A stretch of 20,000 nucleotides of DNA from Catajapyx aquilonaris (taxonomy: Eukaryota), in contig KZ538129.1 of assembly GCA_000934665.2 (NCBI GenBank), forward strand, positions 118,520-138,519, written 5' to 3'. The position numbers and the translations under genes are program-made. Of this stretch, positions 1 through 11,675 are shown piece by piece. The notes under the pieces are model-generated. The model saw only the letters and a list, made by a program, of their open reading frames with translations. It had not been told where the DNA came from and ran no database searches. How positions within the stretch are numbered: the first letter of the stretch is position 1; each line of letters opens with the position of its first letter.

Positions 1-3000
1 TACTCCGCCAACACCTGCTCTAGTTAAATTTTGCCTTCTGAGGCGCAGTCATTACCGATTCGAAACAGATATAGCCCTAACCCCACCAACAGTGCATAAA
101 ACAGTCGGTTCACACTTCCAACCGGCTGGGGGCACCCCCAAAGAAGAGGAGAAAAACCCTCCTGTCATTGTCCCCATTAAACTCATCGACGGCGACCCAG
201 CAGGACAGCGCTACCTGGCAAAAGGGAGAAGCCCCGCCAGTACTTATCTGACCTTAATGGCTCTATTTTCAAGCCTGGCTGTTTCATTACCGGGGGGTAG
301 GCAGGGGGTTTCATTCGAGTTGGCAAATTCTGCCAGTCTCTCGGTGGCGACTTGACACGCTGCAGCTAATTGTTAATGGAAGGGCTGCGCGGTAAATCAA
401 CTCGGGGGCCAGGTTTCCTGCCGAGAAATTTACGGCCGCCTGGCCCGGAGAATCCGTAATGGTCACCTGAATGGCGGCCCACCCTATCCACCCACCAGGC
501 TCAGGATAACAATGTAATACGTGAGGGGAAGATGCACAACTCCTCCAGCATTTCTATAGTCGAGATAGTAGAGTGTAATGGCGGGGTTGGGCTGGAATGG
601 GGTCAGCCAGGGGGCCAGATTTGGCGCGCTTGGCGTCCCCTGGTTGCCATGCCAACCGAAGGGGGTGGTCTAATGGGCAGTTAGGATCTGGAGGGGGTGG
701 TGGTGGACATCAGAGGCTCCTCCTTATCTGCAGGGTTCAATCCGACGGGTATGTTCCGAGCTAGATGTGCGTCGGCGTGTAGAGGTCATGCCCAGGGTAT
801 TGATTTCTCAAGGAGAGGAATGACAAAGAGGCAATTTAAATCATAGGCGAATCCCCCTGTGAGCGCGTCTCCGATCGAAAGTTCGCCATTAGGAGAGACA
901 TGTCTGCTTTCGTTCCCGACTTCTCCACCTCCCCGCCAGATTGCTCTTTGTGACGTGCCGGGCCTAGAGACGGCCCCAAAATGACCATTCTTCTTACGTC
1001 TGCCATCTCCCCCCCTTTTTTTCCAATTGCCATCCGTCCTCGCGACAATACTTGGACCTTTGCGCTATTCATCACTGCGTCGCAACAATATCATTTTCGT
1101 GGGGCCCCCGAATGGTAATGGATGCTCCCGGAAACCCAGCAAATCCGGAGGACACGGAGGCCGCACTTGAGACAGCCGTATAATGCGGGGCAATGCCGTG
1201 TGGTGGGCGGCGAAGAGGCCTTTTGGGAGGATTTACCCCCGGATTGGCGGATCCGGGCTTGCGGAAGGAAGCCTCGATGCTTTTAGGGGTTTCCGAAGAC
1301 AAGCGCATTGTCACCTTTGGCCAGCCCCTAGCTTCCAACTGCAAATCCCTTCCGAGTTTTGAGTGGATGAGCGGTTGCCTCCACCTAATTTTCAACACTG
1401 GTGGTCCACCCTTGATTTATGCTGTATGCCGCCACCTATGGAGTGCGTGCCAGACTACTGTAAGAAAAAAACTATAAATTTCAACTGGGTGATGTTACAT
1501 CTTCAGAACGAACAAAAAAAAATGTAGACAATATCTTCCCCCAGCCATTCCTGCACCCTTGCCCTCTGCCGCCTTGTTATGAGAGTGACCTCTTCACACG
1601 TGCGCCGTCATAATGAAGTGAGGCGCCAATTGGAGCGGGGCAACAGCTGGCTCTTATGGCTCCATGATGGCAGCAGCAGTTGGCGCCATATAGCGCCTCC
1701 CCCTCCCTCCATTCTCTTCATTCTCGCCCTCGCCTTTTCTATGCCGAGCTCTCAGGCTTCCATTCCGCTGATATGTTGCCACCTCCATCTGGCACCCAGG
1801 CTTTCATATCGTCTCAAGGGCCAGAAAAAGCCCCATTTTGGAAGCGGGGAAAACGCCAGGCGCCACACACCTATGAGGCTCGTCTCTCACCCAGAGAAAA
1901 TTTCAACGCCAGCAATTAACCTCCAGGAAAGTTCAAGATGGATGCTGGCAATCTGAGTCTAATAGCTGCAAGGTCTTCTGACACGTGGTGGGCGACACGG
2001 CCCTGACCGTGATTAGCAGCGTTTACAGTTTTTTGCGCTGTTACGTCCTCAATATGTCAAAATTGACAGGCGCCATGCCTATACAAGGCTAAGGAGAAAA
2101 TAACGCCATTGGGTTTTTAGAACCCGTCGAATGATAGATCTATTTCCTGTGCCGCCATTTTGTGTAATTAATATGCAGGGGGCTCCCAAGACATTAGAGC
2201 CGAGGCTAATGACTTGGCAGAGGCTGGGTGGGGGTTGCCCCCGAGTCAGCCCCCCAACTCTTCCGTCCCCCTTCATGTCGCCTTCCTTCTCTCCACCTTC
2301 TGCGCTTCATGGAGTGGAAATGGCATTATGGGAGATCGAAAGGGTTAAACGTGCAATAATGAGAACTAGAGGGGAGGCTCTTGCTGGCGCAGGAAATATT
2401 TCATTGGAAGGGGTGGAGTTTGTGATTCGACACGTGGAGTGATCGATCACCAAGTTCAAATCGCGCGCCAGTGATCGCAGCGCCATCATGTTGTTGAATA
2501 AAAAATTTGGGGGTCGTTGTCGTGCAAGAGCCGGATGTCCCCTTTCGTGGGCGAATGACTTCGATCGCCGCCTTCTTGTGCATGTTCAGGGGATTAAGAC
2601 GTTTTCCGGGAACTGGGAATTGACTCTGTTGCTATAGAGGGCGGCATATGACATACACTAGAATGACCCATCAGAGCGTGGTATTTTGTTCCCAACCCCA
2701 TCCGACACTTGCTTCCATACGCACACACAAGCCCCTTTTCATGAGAAATTTCACAGTGGAATGAATCCGAGAGGGATCCAGGGCGGCGATAAGCTCTTAC
2801 TTTTGCCTCTCTACCATTCATCACAAGAGGGTTTGCTGGAGGAAGCATCTGCAAATGCCTCCACATTTATGTGACCAGATAATGATGGCGCATCTTGATA
2901 AGCCTGGCTTTAAGGAGGGTTCAAAGGCAGAACCATTGAGTGGCAACAATGCGTGCAATTTCCAGCTCGCTTGGGACTTGAGACGGCAATTCAATATCAT

Positions 3001-3483
3001 CTCCATCGTGGATGATGCGGAGTGACAGCCTCCATTTTTATTAATATTTGTGGAGAAACATAGGTGCGAATTCACCGTTAGGTGGTGTAGCGGTATGAAA
3101 GCTTTAAAATGGCGCAGCTGCACGTTCCGTTATGCATCCAATTCCTCAAAGGAGATCGATAAGTGATGTTGGCGGCACATTGATGGGAATTTTATGGAGG
3201 GAGAGTGTGAGATGGGACGTGGAGATAGTCCCTGGTGTCCTCTTTACCCCATTCGGGGAATGACAGCTCCCCGCCAGTTTTTCATAAAAATTGGAAATTG
3301 GCCAGGATGCGATGGGAAGGGGAAGTTGTTGGCTCGGAGGAATAAGCAGGAAGAAGGAATGAGGAGACACTGCTGTTCCCACCCCTCCAACGCCCCACAA
3401 AAGGGATTCTTGGAGACACATCTCCCTGGAGTCATTGTGCAAGAGTGCTCCCTTTTAAGCGAATTTGACTTAAGTCTCTGTAG

Positions 3484-3540
3484 AGCGACATCTAGTGGGA
3501 GCGTCTCTAACTCCAGTCAGATATGAGTGCCATCTAGCGG
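3484..3540 (-). promoter_or_regulatory. Pair of CTCF-like motifs
   Basis: The reverse complements read CCACTAGATGTCGCT (3484-3498) and CCGCTAGATGGCACT (3526-3540), compared with the CTCF core CCRSYAGRKGGCRS. Confidence 0.55.
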
Positions 3541-4550
3541 CATGCGATCCCTGATGAGTCGCAAGTGGTCGAGTCACGCCTTAAAACACAAAGATGTGGG
3601 CATAATGGCTGGCTCCCTCCACAACACAGGATATGACTGTGCTGACAGGGTCGCATTAAAAGGCACGACAGCCGGTAGCACCACAAAAAACTGGCCGATC
3701 AATTTCCAGTGGGGTAAGTGTGCGACCACCCTCGGGGTGAAAGGTAACTGTCCAGTCCACCATATAAAAATAGTGCGATGCCATGTCCCACTGGTCTATT
3801 TCGGCCATAGGGGTCCGACCTTCAGATATTACCGGTCGGCATGCGACCCGACATGCACGAAGAATCCACTACATGGCAGTTACCATTCCAAAAGTTTCAG
3901 TGCCTATCAGGAGCCATATGGATCCGCATCTCCGCCAATAAGACGCCGGAACCCTCGAATGAATCCTGGCCATTGGCAACGATCTGATTTCTTTTCTCCG
4001 CTTCTTTTTGTGGCCAGCCGAGGCCCAAAGACCACTTTAATTCGGGAGCTTCGGGCCAAAACCATTGGGTTCTGATTGCAGGAGGAGGGACAAGTCCCAG
4101 GAACCAATCTAGGAGCCATGCCAGAACCCAACTGTATATAGACTGTTGCCGATGAAAATGTGGCGGCTCATTGAGGAGTGAAATGAAGTTGGCTGCATAT
4201 TGCGTCCCCTGCCGCGTCTCTTGACGGCTGAAAGACATAAGGAAGCCATAACATGGCCCTACTCGTTTCAGTCGGCCTCATGGGGCGAACCACCCTATTG
4301 TTACAGTCGAAAATTTTTAATGTAAAAAAAAAATGTATTGTTGCTAACCCATAGTGTGTGCGGATTATTTATTTGTGATGTAATCTCACGCCCCATACGA
4401 GTTGCTCCCCCTTCAGCCCACCCCCGGTACCTGGGATTTAGAGCTGTATTGATTTTGCAATTAACGTTTGATAAGGGAGCTCGTGGGGGGAGGGGGGGCT
4501 GGATGGTAGGGGGGTGTTTGGGAAGGGGGGGAAAAAATCCCCCCCCCCCC

Positions 4551-4551
4551 N
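4551..4551. other. Ambiguous base or possible assembly join inside a poly-C run
   Basis: Single n within the C run at 4539-4560. Confidence 0.8.
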
Positions 4552-6171
4552 CCCCCCCCCTCTCTCTCCCTACGCTTCCAGCTTGGTAGCTGGCTTTCAG
4601 AGTGTATATAGTGTAGCTATATATGGGGAACACTGTGCCGCGGGTTGGGTCAACGTTGCGTGAAATGGTGGGTGGAATTTCAGAGCCTGACTCGTGCTCG
4701 GTGAGTAAAAGCCATGTGTTGCATCACAGGACCAGCCCACCCATTTTTTTGCCAATAAAATATTAAGCGGATTTTTTTTTCATGATGGCAATTAGAACCT
4801 TCCTATATAATTATATACATATGAGGAGCTGATTGACTTTGACTTGAAGGATGCGTGTGTGTCGTGGAAGTTTTTTTTTTTTTTTGCAATTTTGGGTAAA
4901 TGAAACTCTGAAAAAAGTTTCAGGGGGAAGACGGAGGGGAGGAGAGATAAAGAGATTAGGTTTGCATTGAGGAGGAGGGCTTTAATTGGGCATTTCACTT
5001 ACAAGAGCTGCCTTCTTTTGTGGACGTGTGGTCCATACAATGAAGACGCATTATAAATATGGCGCGAATTAGCATGAGAATGGGTTGAGTCTCTTTCTCC
5101 ATCCTAGACCCAGGGACCCATTTCGGCGTATACGCACCGTGGAATCCAGCCGGGCGTATACGCTCTTAAACAATTACCATTTTTGGGGGAGGGAAACTCA
5201 AAATTGAGTTTATCGACGGGGCGGGTTTCAATCTCCGTTTTTTTTAAAAGGGAAAAACTCAGGCGCCTGCAAAACCGCAAAGGGTGTGTTTCTAAATGAA
5301 AGGGTGAGAAGTTGAAGAAAAAAAAGTTTCAGGTTTGCCAATTATTTTAAGCAGAAAGCTTGATTGAAGTATATGCCATGATGAAGAGTTCGTTTCGTAT
5401 CAAGATCTGAAATTCAGAACGATCAGTCACAGTTGACTGATTTCGAGATATGAGGGGGTTGAAGATTGCATTGGTCCTTTTGTTTTCGCAAATTTCTCTA
5501 GGGGACTATAATTCTTCTCAGAAAACTGACTTGTCTCTCTGAAAATATTCAACCAAAATGTCAGTAGTTTCTTATATCAAATATTTGCCGAAACTGCATT
5601 TTCCTACCCAGCGCCACATTTGTGTTAATATTCGGTACATGCGGTAATTGAATCAGACAATTAAAATATTGTGCAATACTACCAATATGCTGACTTCAGC
5701 ACACGCTCGTGTTACTCCAGGCACTTTTTTTTGTTTTGTAAAATCCGCTCTGGAAGCAAAATTCTCTTGCAATGGAAGCAGACCGAGATAATGCTCTGCA
5801 GCAGGAGGAAATAATTGGGTGGACTCTTGTGATTAATAGAGTCTGAGCCTGCAGGCGTGTCTGTTTGGGAGGAGTAGGGTGGGAGGGGTGGGGGTGGGTT
5901 TTAGGCTGGTGGGGGAGGGGATGAGGCCGTCATTTCCATCGGATGCCACCCTCTGGGTTGCAGCAGCAGCCCTCTCTCTCTTTTCGGGGGATCCCTGGCA
6001 GCAACTTCCCCTTTTCCTCCTCATTTGGCTTGTCAAATGCAGCTGCGGCTCAGGCGGGACCTGCAACCGACATCTCTACCCCGGATTCAAGGAAGACTTT
6101 TTCTGCCCAAATTGGAGGGAGAGGGAGAAACAGGGATATAGCATACTATCCAGACACTATCCGAGACGTAA

Positions 6172-6269
6172 CCGGTAGATGGCGGTAGGCCTACCCGGTA
6201 GGTGGCAGCAGGTACCTGCACATTTCGGTACAAACAGTTCTGGAGAAATCAGGCCGGCAGATGGCAGCA
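6172..6269 (+). promoter_or_regulatory. Cluster of three co-oriented CTCF-like motifs
   Basis: CCGGTAGATGGCGGTA (6172-6187), CCGGTAGGTGGCAGCA (6195-6210) and CCGGCAGATGGCAGCA (6254-6269). Confidence 0.6.
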
Positions 6270-7120
6270 AGGCGGTGGGTGGACAAATTGGACGGGCGTT
6301 TTTCCTATCTAAAAGCAAGGGGGCGGTCCTATTAAAAGGAAATCGAAGGTGGTCCGGGTCCTAATGGACTGATGACACAGCGAGCCCATCGGACGGGGCG
6401 AGGGCGGTTGCAAAGATGGGTTTGCAGCTGATGAATAAGTAATAACTGCGCCACCGCGGTTCCCACACTCACTGAGGGAGGGAAGGTTGTTCATAAAAGA
6501 ACTGCCGATATCAGCTCTTTCAATAGGTGGGGATGACGTGGGTGCGGCGATATGAATTAGTGATGAACCTTGGTCCTCCAAGCGCGCACACTGGTGTCCC
6601 ACTGCTCACAAGCCTGCTTGCATCTCCCCTTTTCCTGCAAGGCAGGCGGAATTTTCTGTAAATTACAAATTGCACTCTTGGGGGAAGGCGCCGCGCCGCT
6701 TCTGATATAGCTAAATGGCCGGCTTATCTAGCGGGCCCACACTTGGGAAAGCCAGCCAACCCAGCTAACCCTCCCTCCCTGATGAAAGTCCCGTGTCAAA
6801 TTCTGAGTAAACAGTTGGCGGAAAGAATGGGAGAGGGGAAACTCGAGCGTTCAAGAATTTCACCAACACGGCTCATTACACTGGGAGAAGAGACTGCACA
6901 ACCCCTTTGGTAGAATCGCACGGTGCTATAGGCCTAGCCTCGACTCAGGCTACAACACGACTCCTCGACACAAACCTGATCCTACAGGGTGCACCATGTG
7001 TTATGACTCTCCATACCAGTGCTCTACACAGCTCCGATCCTACCGGTTGCGCCATGTGTCATGATTCAACTTGCCAACAATCTGGCTCGTGACTAAAACT
7101 GCCCTTCTTGTTCATTACAG

Positions 7121-7188
7121 GTTCATCAACGCCAGGCGTCGGATTGTCCAACCTCTCATCGACCAGTCCAACCGGGCGGGTGCTAGTG
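7121..7188 (+). CDS. hth: Internal coding exon of homothorax/Meis: end of homeodomain helix 3, (W)[19 protein letters not shown](GAS). It ends at 7179 (donor G|GTGCTA, 59 nt) or 7188 (donor G|GTAAGT, 68 nt)
   Basis: The translation matches the MEIS-class signature [20 protein letters not shown]. A pyrimidine-rich acceptor precedes it, and the phase 2 start and phase 1 end match the equivalent Meis/hth exon. Confidence 0.96.
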
Positions 7189-10100
7189 GTAAGTGCCGCA
7201 TGTCCATAACATACCGGCTGCCTCTCAGCACCGTGTCGCAGACTACCGGGACCGTGACCCACCGGCCACTAACCCTACCCCCTCTAATAAATCCTGATGA
7301 TCCTCCCCGCAAAAATTTTCGCAAGTTGGCCCTCCCCTGCCTCAAAAATGGGCGCGAGTTCGTAATTCGCGGCCTAAGCCCAGGGCCAGAGAGTCTGGAG
7401 GCCGCCTTCATTAGAGCAGGAGGATAGGTATCCCTCGGGGGCAAGGAAACAGTGCCTTCTCATTATTTGGACACATGGAATGGCTCCAGGGGCTCCCCAA
7501 TACGAGTCTCGGGAGGGCCCCCCGAGCGCTCATAACCGTCCAGCCACCATGGCCCCCCGCCACTTCCTACACAAGAAAAGGAAGAGAGAGAGGGAGAGAA
7601 AAAAATCCTCCCCTTCCTCCTCCACCCCCCACCTCATCCCTGTTACGGATTTCCTAACGGCTACCCCTCCACCTTTTCATGGCCCCCTGTTTTTCCCCAA
7701 GCTGTCGTAAGCCTTTCTGCTCTCGGGTCAAATGTCCCCGAAAATCACTCTATTACACATTCGTTCCCTTTTTATGGGACCCTCGCTCTCATCTCACTCC
7801 GCAAGATGCCGTAACACGTAAAGAATTGCCCACCCCCCGCTCTCAACTTCAACCAAGAGATGAGTTTGCTTGTTGCTCTCCCCCCTTTTTTTTGCCCTTC
7901 TTCTTCTACTACCCACCCCCCTTTTTCCTTAGGAAGCAATGAAAGCTGGCCCAAATTGCTCCAAGTGCTCCCTAGCAAGTTTGCTAGAGACGTGAAGCTC
8001 CCAATTCGGGAGTGTATCGAGCGCTTGCCCGGGGTCCAATTATCGGGCGGACAGGACAGTTGATTTATATCCGAGAGCCGGACCCCTAGACGATGAGATG
8101 ACAAGCGATGGAAATTCCACATTGAACATTGGAAGCGGGAGGTGGGGGTAGGGAGGAGGGATTTGGAGGGGGCCATTGGCACCAGCTGTTGGCACCATTC
8201 GCGCCGCTTCCAACTTTCCAACCCTGCAGAGCTCTTGTTTATAACCTGGGCCATTGCTTGCCCCCGCCCTGCTTTACGACACTAGAATGAATTCGAGTTG
8301 GGGTGACCAAAGTTGGACTCACAGTCAGTAGTGACAGTCAGTGAGCGGACTTGCCCTGACTGTACGGGCTTACCCTGAACTTGCCCAGACTGTACGGGCT
8401 TACCCTGAACTTGCCCTGACTGCACGGGCTTACCCTGAACTTGCCCGGACTGTCCAAGGCTTACCCTGAACTTGCCCAGACTGCACGGGCTTATCCTGAA
8501 CTTGCCCTTCTGGGCGTCTAACCAGGTCTAGTTGCTTACACCGTCTGTTTTGACTCGACTCGTAAACCCCTGAGTGTTGACGGAGCCTTGTCTGTCCCCA
8601 CACCATCACCATTGTGCCCGCCTCCTGTATCTACACCCGAGAGTAGAAAGTCGTGTAACGAATTACAATCTCAAGCGCTGACGATTGAGGCTCTTGGGCG
8701 CTTGTAATTGAATTCAGATTAGGATCGGGAGCTCGCTTCTGGGGTCAATCGACACGTCGGAAGAGCCTGGAAGGGAGGATGGAACAACCTGAAGAGGGGG
8801 TGACACGGTACGGGGGGGACCATATAAAAAAAGGTCGAACACACAGTGGGGTGGTCTTATCCACTTCAGCGAGTAGTTGATATTGGAGGAAGCCACTTAG
8901 TCGCTGTCTGCGTGTCTGAAATGCTTACGAGGGGGTGAGTCAGGATGTACCTAAGCGTCACAGGGTGGCTTTAAAAAAGTGCCACCTGCATCGGGTGTGT
9001 CCTGGCCGGACTGGGTCGTAAAATTGGACAGGGAGGGGCCGCAGCATCTACCAGCAGCTCCCGTTGAAACCGTAAAACAAAGGGTTTATTTGAGTACCAA
9101 CCAGTGCCTGCTTCCAGCGCCATAATTGTCACTGATACTCATCTCCGGGAACTGAAGCATAAAAGTAACACTTTTTTTAGCCCCCTCATTTTTTCCCCGC
9201 CCCTTTCGTGGTCTTATACTTGACGGAGTGTCTTTGGGCCTGGAATCGTCTGAAGGCTTTCTTCCCCGGCTTATTACGGAAGGAGCCAAGAGGCTATTAG
9301 ACGGCGTTTGTCGCCCGGCAAAATGGCCGCTGTAGGAGGGAAATTGCCAATCAAATGAAGTGAGTTGTCGGGAGTTGCCTGGCAGGAATTAACCATTAGC
9401 AATTAACATCAAGTGGGGGCCGACAAAACGCGGCCCATATTTACCATCAGGTTTTCGAGTCTGGGTATGTGTCATCTGGGGGGTATAGCTGGTAATGAGC
9501 CATGGCTTTGAGAAGGGTCCAACGGAGGTCGCTATCAGAAATTGACAGCCAGGATGATGGATCGAGCCGGCTCTTTTTTGTTAGGCCCCCTCTGATAAAG
9601 TAGGGTGTCTTGAAAGTGCCCCTGGGTGGCTGGCGGCCCGGCGAGCAGGGGAGGTGCATAGGTTAGCTGGCGGTCAGGATAAAACTGGGGGGGTCTGACT
9701 CACCCTGTGCGCGCAAAGTGTACACTTTGCAGCCGACATCTCCCCAGCAGGTGTCCCAACTAATATCCAAAGTTTAGACGGCGCTTGCTGCTCCAACTTG
9801 GCTCCCCCCCCCCCCTCCTCCTCCCCATCCCTGGCATTGGTAATTGAAATCTACCACAACATAGTTTCGCACTGGCCAATAGTTGGGCTCAACCCTCTGA
9901 AGGCTCCCTTGTCCATAAATAACTCGGGCCAAGTTTGTGCCGGCAATGGCAACAGCCGTTTTGAGGCCCATTTGGTGGCTATTTCATTTGAGCAAGTGAA
10001 ATCTAGACTCGTAAGGCTGTCAGGGTTGGGATTGTGTGGGTGATGGATCACCCCTCGGGGGTCAATACCTTCCGCGTCGCCACTCCGCCAGCGGTGCTGC

Positions 10101-11675
10101 TCCGAGGGCACACGGCCCCCAAGATGCCAGCCCAGCCTCCTCATCCCCTTCTATTATCGCCCGGGGAATGATAGCACCCAGAGTTTGAGCCCAGGGGAGG
10201 CATGCCCGGCACGGAATGGCTCTAAGCACACTGTCACTTAATTAATGCGGGTATGCCTAGGTTTCAATTTATGCGGGAGCATAATCGGCCTCCTATGTTC
10301 CGGCCTGATAAGGGTTGACCATAAAGTAGCCTGATTTCTTACGGAGGGGTCAAACCGGCATATTCATAGTCGACGATAACCTGACCAACCCGATGCAATA
10401 CTTTGCGTCCCTGATAAAACTTGTGGCCAGAAGGCTCCGTTTATTACCCTGCAGATAGCCTACCGCACACACGACCGCCATTATTTACAGGATTGCGACT
10501 AATACCAGAAAAGGGGATGCAAAGCCTCGATAGCATGGCGGTTTTTTTTCTTGGCAACAAGCTATCGTGAATCACGGCACTTTTGCACAAACTTTCTGGA
10601 GGTTTATTTCTGGTTGGACCAATCCAAATTATTTTGTCCCCGAGAGTACAGGCTCTCCCCCCCTAAGGGCATTCCTTGATATGATCCGGGGTCTGGCTTG
10701 GTCATTATAAGAAATGCAGTTAGGGGGGACGGGTCGGCTAATTCCCACGGCAGCCTCCAGCTAGAAAGTACAGGTGACTGTTCCGCCAGGCCCAATCCCT
10801 CGTAATTAATCTGCTTAGCCTTAAGTCAAGCAAAATGGTGCCTCCCTCCCCCTACCCTCTGGCTGACTTGCAAGTCGGACTGGGCTCAAATGAGCCAGGA
10901 GACTCTTTGAGCCTAGAGGCGGGTAATCCGCCCCCAGGGCTAATTGGCCAGCTTTCCCGCATGTGGAATTGCCCAATGGAATAAAGTAAGAGACAGAAAT
11001 CACGCACTATTTTTGTGCGAGCGAGCGGTGCATTGTTGCACGTGGAAACGAGATGGCAGCGGTTTTTTTCCCTGTCCGCCCGAGGGTGGATGTACCGAGT
11101 AGTCCCCATCCGATTACCAGGCCGCAACGTCATTCTGCATAAATCCTGTTGGCCCAGGGCGACACATGTAGCCCGCGATCATTGTAAACATGCAGGGATT
11201 TTGGTAGGGGGGGGAGGGATGCAAAGTGCCCAGCAGGCCTAGTGCCTTCGGGATGAATGGCAGCCTGACGTGCTCTGATAACAGAGTATTCTTCCCTGGG
11301 CCTAGGACGGTAGACGGTATACTCGGAAAAGGACACATGGGAGCGTTTTTTGACAGGTGCGAGATAAGGATGTACGTGTGAATATCCCAAATTTCCGTTA
11401 GGATTGATTGCAGACATTCGTGACAGTTCTAACCCACTGACTTGGACTGATTGGACTAACCTAATGGGTCATCCGGTTACCGTGACAAGGTGCTGAGAAA
11501 GGCAGCGCTTAGGGCATAGTGCCAGTCACCGGAGAGTGACCGCTGGTTACTAGGATTGTCAGCAATGTCGGCTATCGATTCTAATGGGAGTGACCAGCAG
11601 TTGAGGAAGGTGCCTGACCTATGCCCCTTTCCACCTGGCTTGGTGCGGAACACCGTTATGACCGAATTGACGCAG
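7189..11675 (+). other. hth: Phase-1 intron of hth (about 4.5 kb) between the last homeodomain exon and the C-terminal exon
   Basis: GTAAGT at 7189-7194 and acceptors at cgcag (11671-11675) and cag (11691-11693). Every donor/acceptor combination joins in frame. Confidence 0.88.
8349..8507. repeat. Minisatellite with a 30-bp unit, about 5.3 copies
   Basis: The unit ACTTGCCC(T/A/G)GACTG(T/C)ACGGGCTTACCCTGA is repeated in tandem. The fourth copy is 31 bp (tgtccaaggct). Confidence 0.95.

Larger units (their letters stand above)
1..7120 (+). other. hth: 3' part of a large phase-2 intron of homothorax/Meis that interrupts the Trp codon of homeodomain helix 3 (WFIN); the upstream exon lies outside the window
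   Basis: The exon at 7121 begins with the third base of a Trp codon (G|TTC ATC AAC). I found no sequence encoding the preceding HPYPSE...LQVNNW exon in 1-7120. The acceptor is gcccttcttgttcattacag (7101-7120). Confidence 0.85.

Noticed and set aside
4485..4560. G-rich tract followed by a long C run that could fold back
   Set aside because: Low complexity and interrupted by an n, so the length and structure are unreliable.
5126..5163. Duplicated palindrome GCGTATACGC (5126-5135 and 5154-5163), which contains the miR-iab-4-5p seed match GTATACG
   Set aside because: It is intronic, so it is not a plausible miRNA target, and it is too short to define an element.
5165..5700. AT-richer block that looks like a decayed DNA transposon, with an 8-bp inverted match CAATTACC (5171) / GGTAATTG (5643)
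   Set aside because: No convincing TIR or TSD, and an 8-bp match is expected by chance. A repeat-library search would be needed.
92..7092. Many 60-182 aa ORFs on both strands, including 3527..4075 (182 aa)
   Set aside because: No recognisable domains or coherent exon structure. They lie within the hth intron, and their lengths are compatible with chance at this GC content.
7071..7427. The 118-aa ORF as a complete protein
   Set aside because: Only 7121-7179/7188 is Hth-like. The rest is read-through into flanking intron beyond clear splice sites.
8349..8507. CRISPR-like interpretation of the 30-bp repeats
   Set aside because: The units are contiguous with no unique spacers, there are no cas genes, and the context is a eukaryotic intron.
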